Of a stretch of DNA of 64,000 nt, positions 63,170 to 64,000 are shown piece by piece (the first letter of the stretch is position 1; each line of letters opens with the position of its first letter). A program made the position numbers and the translations under genes. Under the pieces are notes generated by a model. The model searched no databases, was not told where the DNA came from, and saw only the letters and a program-made list of their open reading frames with translations. The DNA is taken from NCBI GenBank assembly GCA_951406725.2, contig OX597833.1, positions 62,868,001 to 62,932,000 of the forward strand, given 5' to 3'. Source of the stretch: Octopus vulgaris. Taxonomy: Eukaryota.

Positions 63170-63731
63170 TGTAGTTCTCAATCGTGGTCCGTATGACTCT
63201 TGGGGTTAAAATTTATACTCTTTTAAAAAATTTTTTCATGCGACCTTTCCAAGCCTAGCCAGGCTCATGGGCCCCGTTTCCCAGTTTCTGTGGCGTATGT
63301 GTACCCGCACCCCCCCCAGCAGGACGGGATGCCTGTCCATCGCAGCGTTACCCAAGAAACAGGAAGAAAGAGTGAGAGAAAGTTGGGGCGAATGAGTACA
63401 ACAGGGGTCGCCACCACCCCCTGGCGGAGTCTCGTGGAGCTTTAGGTGTTTTCGCTCAATAAACACACACAACGCCCGGTCTGGGAATCGAAACCGCGAT
63501 CCTCCGACCGCGAGTCCGCTGCCCTAACCACTGGGCCATTGCGCTTCCACGGTTATACTCTTTACAATATGCAAAATATTTTTACAGTTTATTTTCAAAA
63601 ATTCCTAATTATATTTAATTATCAAAACATAATTAGGATTTTTTTTTACACATTGAATGGGTTTGTGGGTCCAGTAAGGATAAAATAGGAACCGAAGGTG
63701 TCAATGGGTAAAAAGCGGTGGAGAAACTCTG
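63170..63731. mobile_element. degenerate hAT-like MITE hosting a SINE
   Basis: ends GTAGTTCTCAATC / GGTGGAGAAACTCTG resemble CAGTGGTTCTCAACC-type TIRs. Confidence 0.45.
63224..63552 (-). mobile_element. family C SINE, body type 3 (V-domain-like CTGCGATGGACAGGCATCCCGTCC)
   Basis: same head; 11-bp TSD TTATACTCTTT at 63213-63223 and 63553-63563. Confidence 0.88.
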
Positions 63732-64000
63732 GTTTAATCCATTGCCTGCCATGATCTCGATTTGGGATCTGCTAAAAATAGTCTCACTGTTTTTAGCAAG
63801 AAGGCCTATGAAGTGGAAGAACAAACACCAAAAATCTACCGACAAACCCCTTGGATTTCATATCATATGGAACGGTTAGATCTTATAAACCTTTCAGTTA
63901 ACATGTCTCCAGTTAACTGACCACCACTTAAGATCAGCAAGACAATTATATCCATCCTTCGATCGATCAATCGATCGATCGATCCATCCACCCAACCATC

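Overview
Repeat-saturated animal genomic DNA. It is very likely Octopus (coleoid cephalopod); this is inferred from the SINE families and the extreme microsatellite load. I find no supportable host protein-coding exon, tRNA or rRNA, and nearly all ORF-track entries are translated microsatellites. The window is a nested mosaic of: microsatellite/minisatellite arrays; three tRNA-derived SINE lineages; decayed LINE fragments (R4/Dong-like RLE cluster in (AAT)n arrays at 22-28 kb, CR1, RTE, Penelope-like, and 3' tails next to (TATC)n); two mariner pseudogenes and several MITEs; and one 100-N gap. The most notable signal is a set of hammerhead-ribozyme-like motifs, most in short, probably Penelope-derived elements in or beside microsatellite arrays. 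These include a U3-A8 compensatory core variant, a family-level A6U variant, and two copies of a motif whose three hammerhead strands lie in a non-circularly permuted (pseudoknotted) order. All ribozyme calls were folded by eye and are untested.
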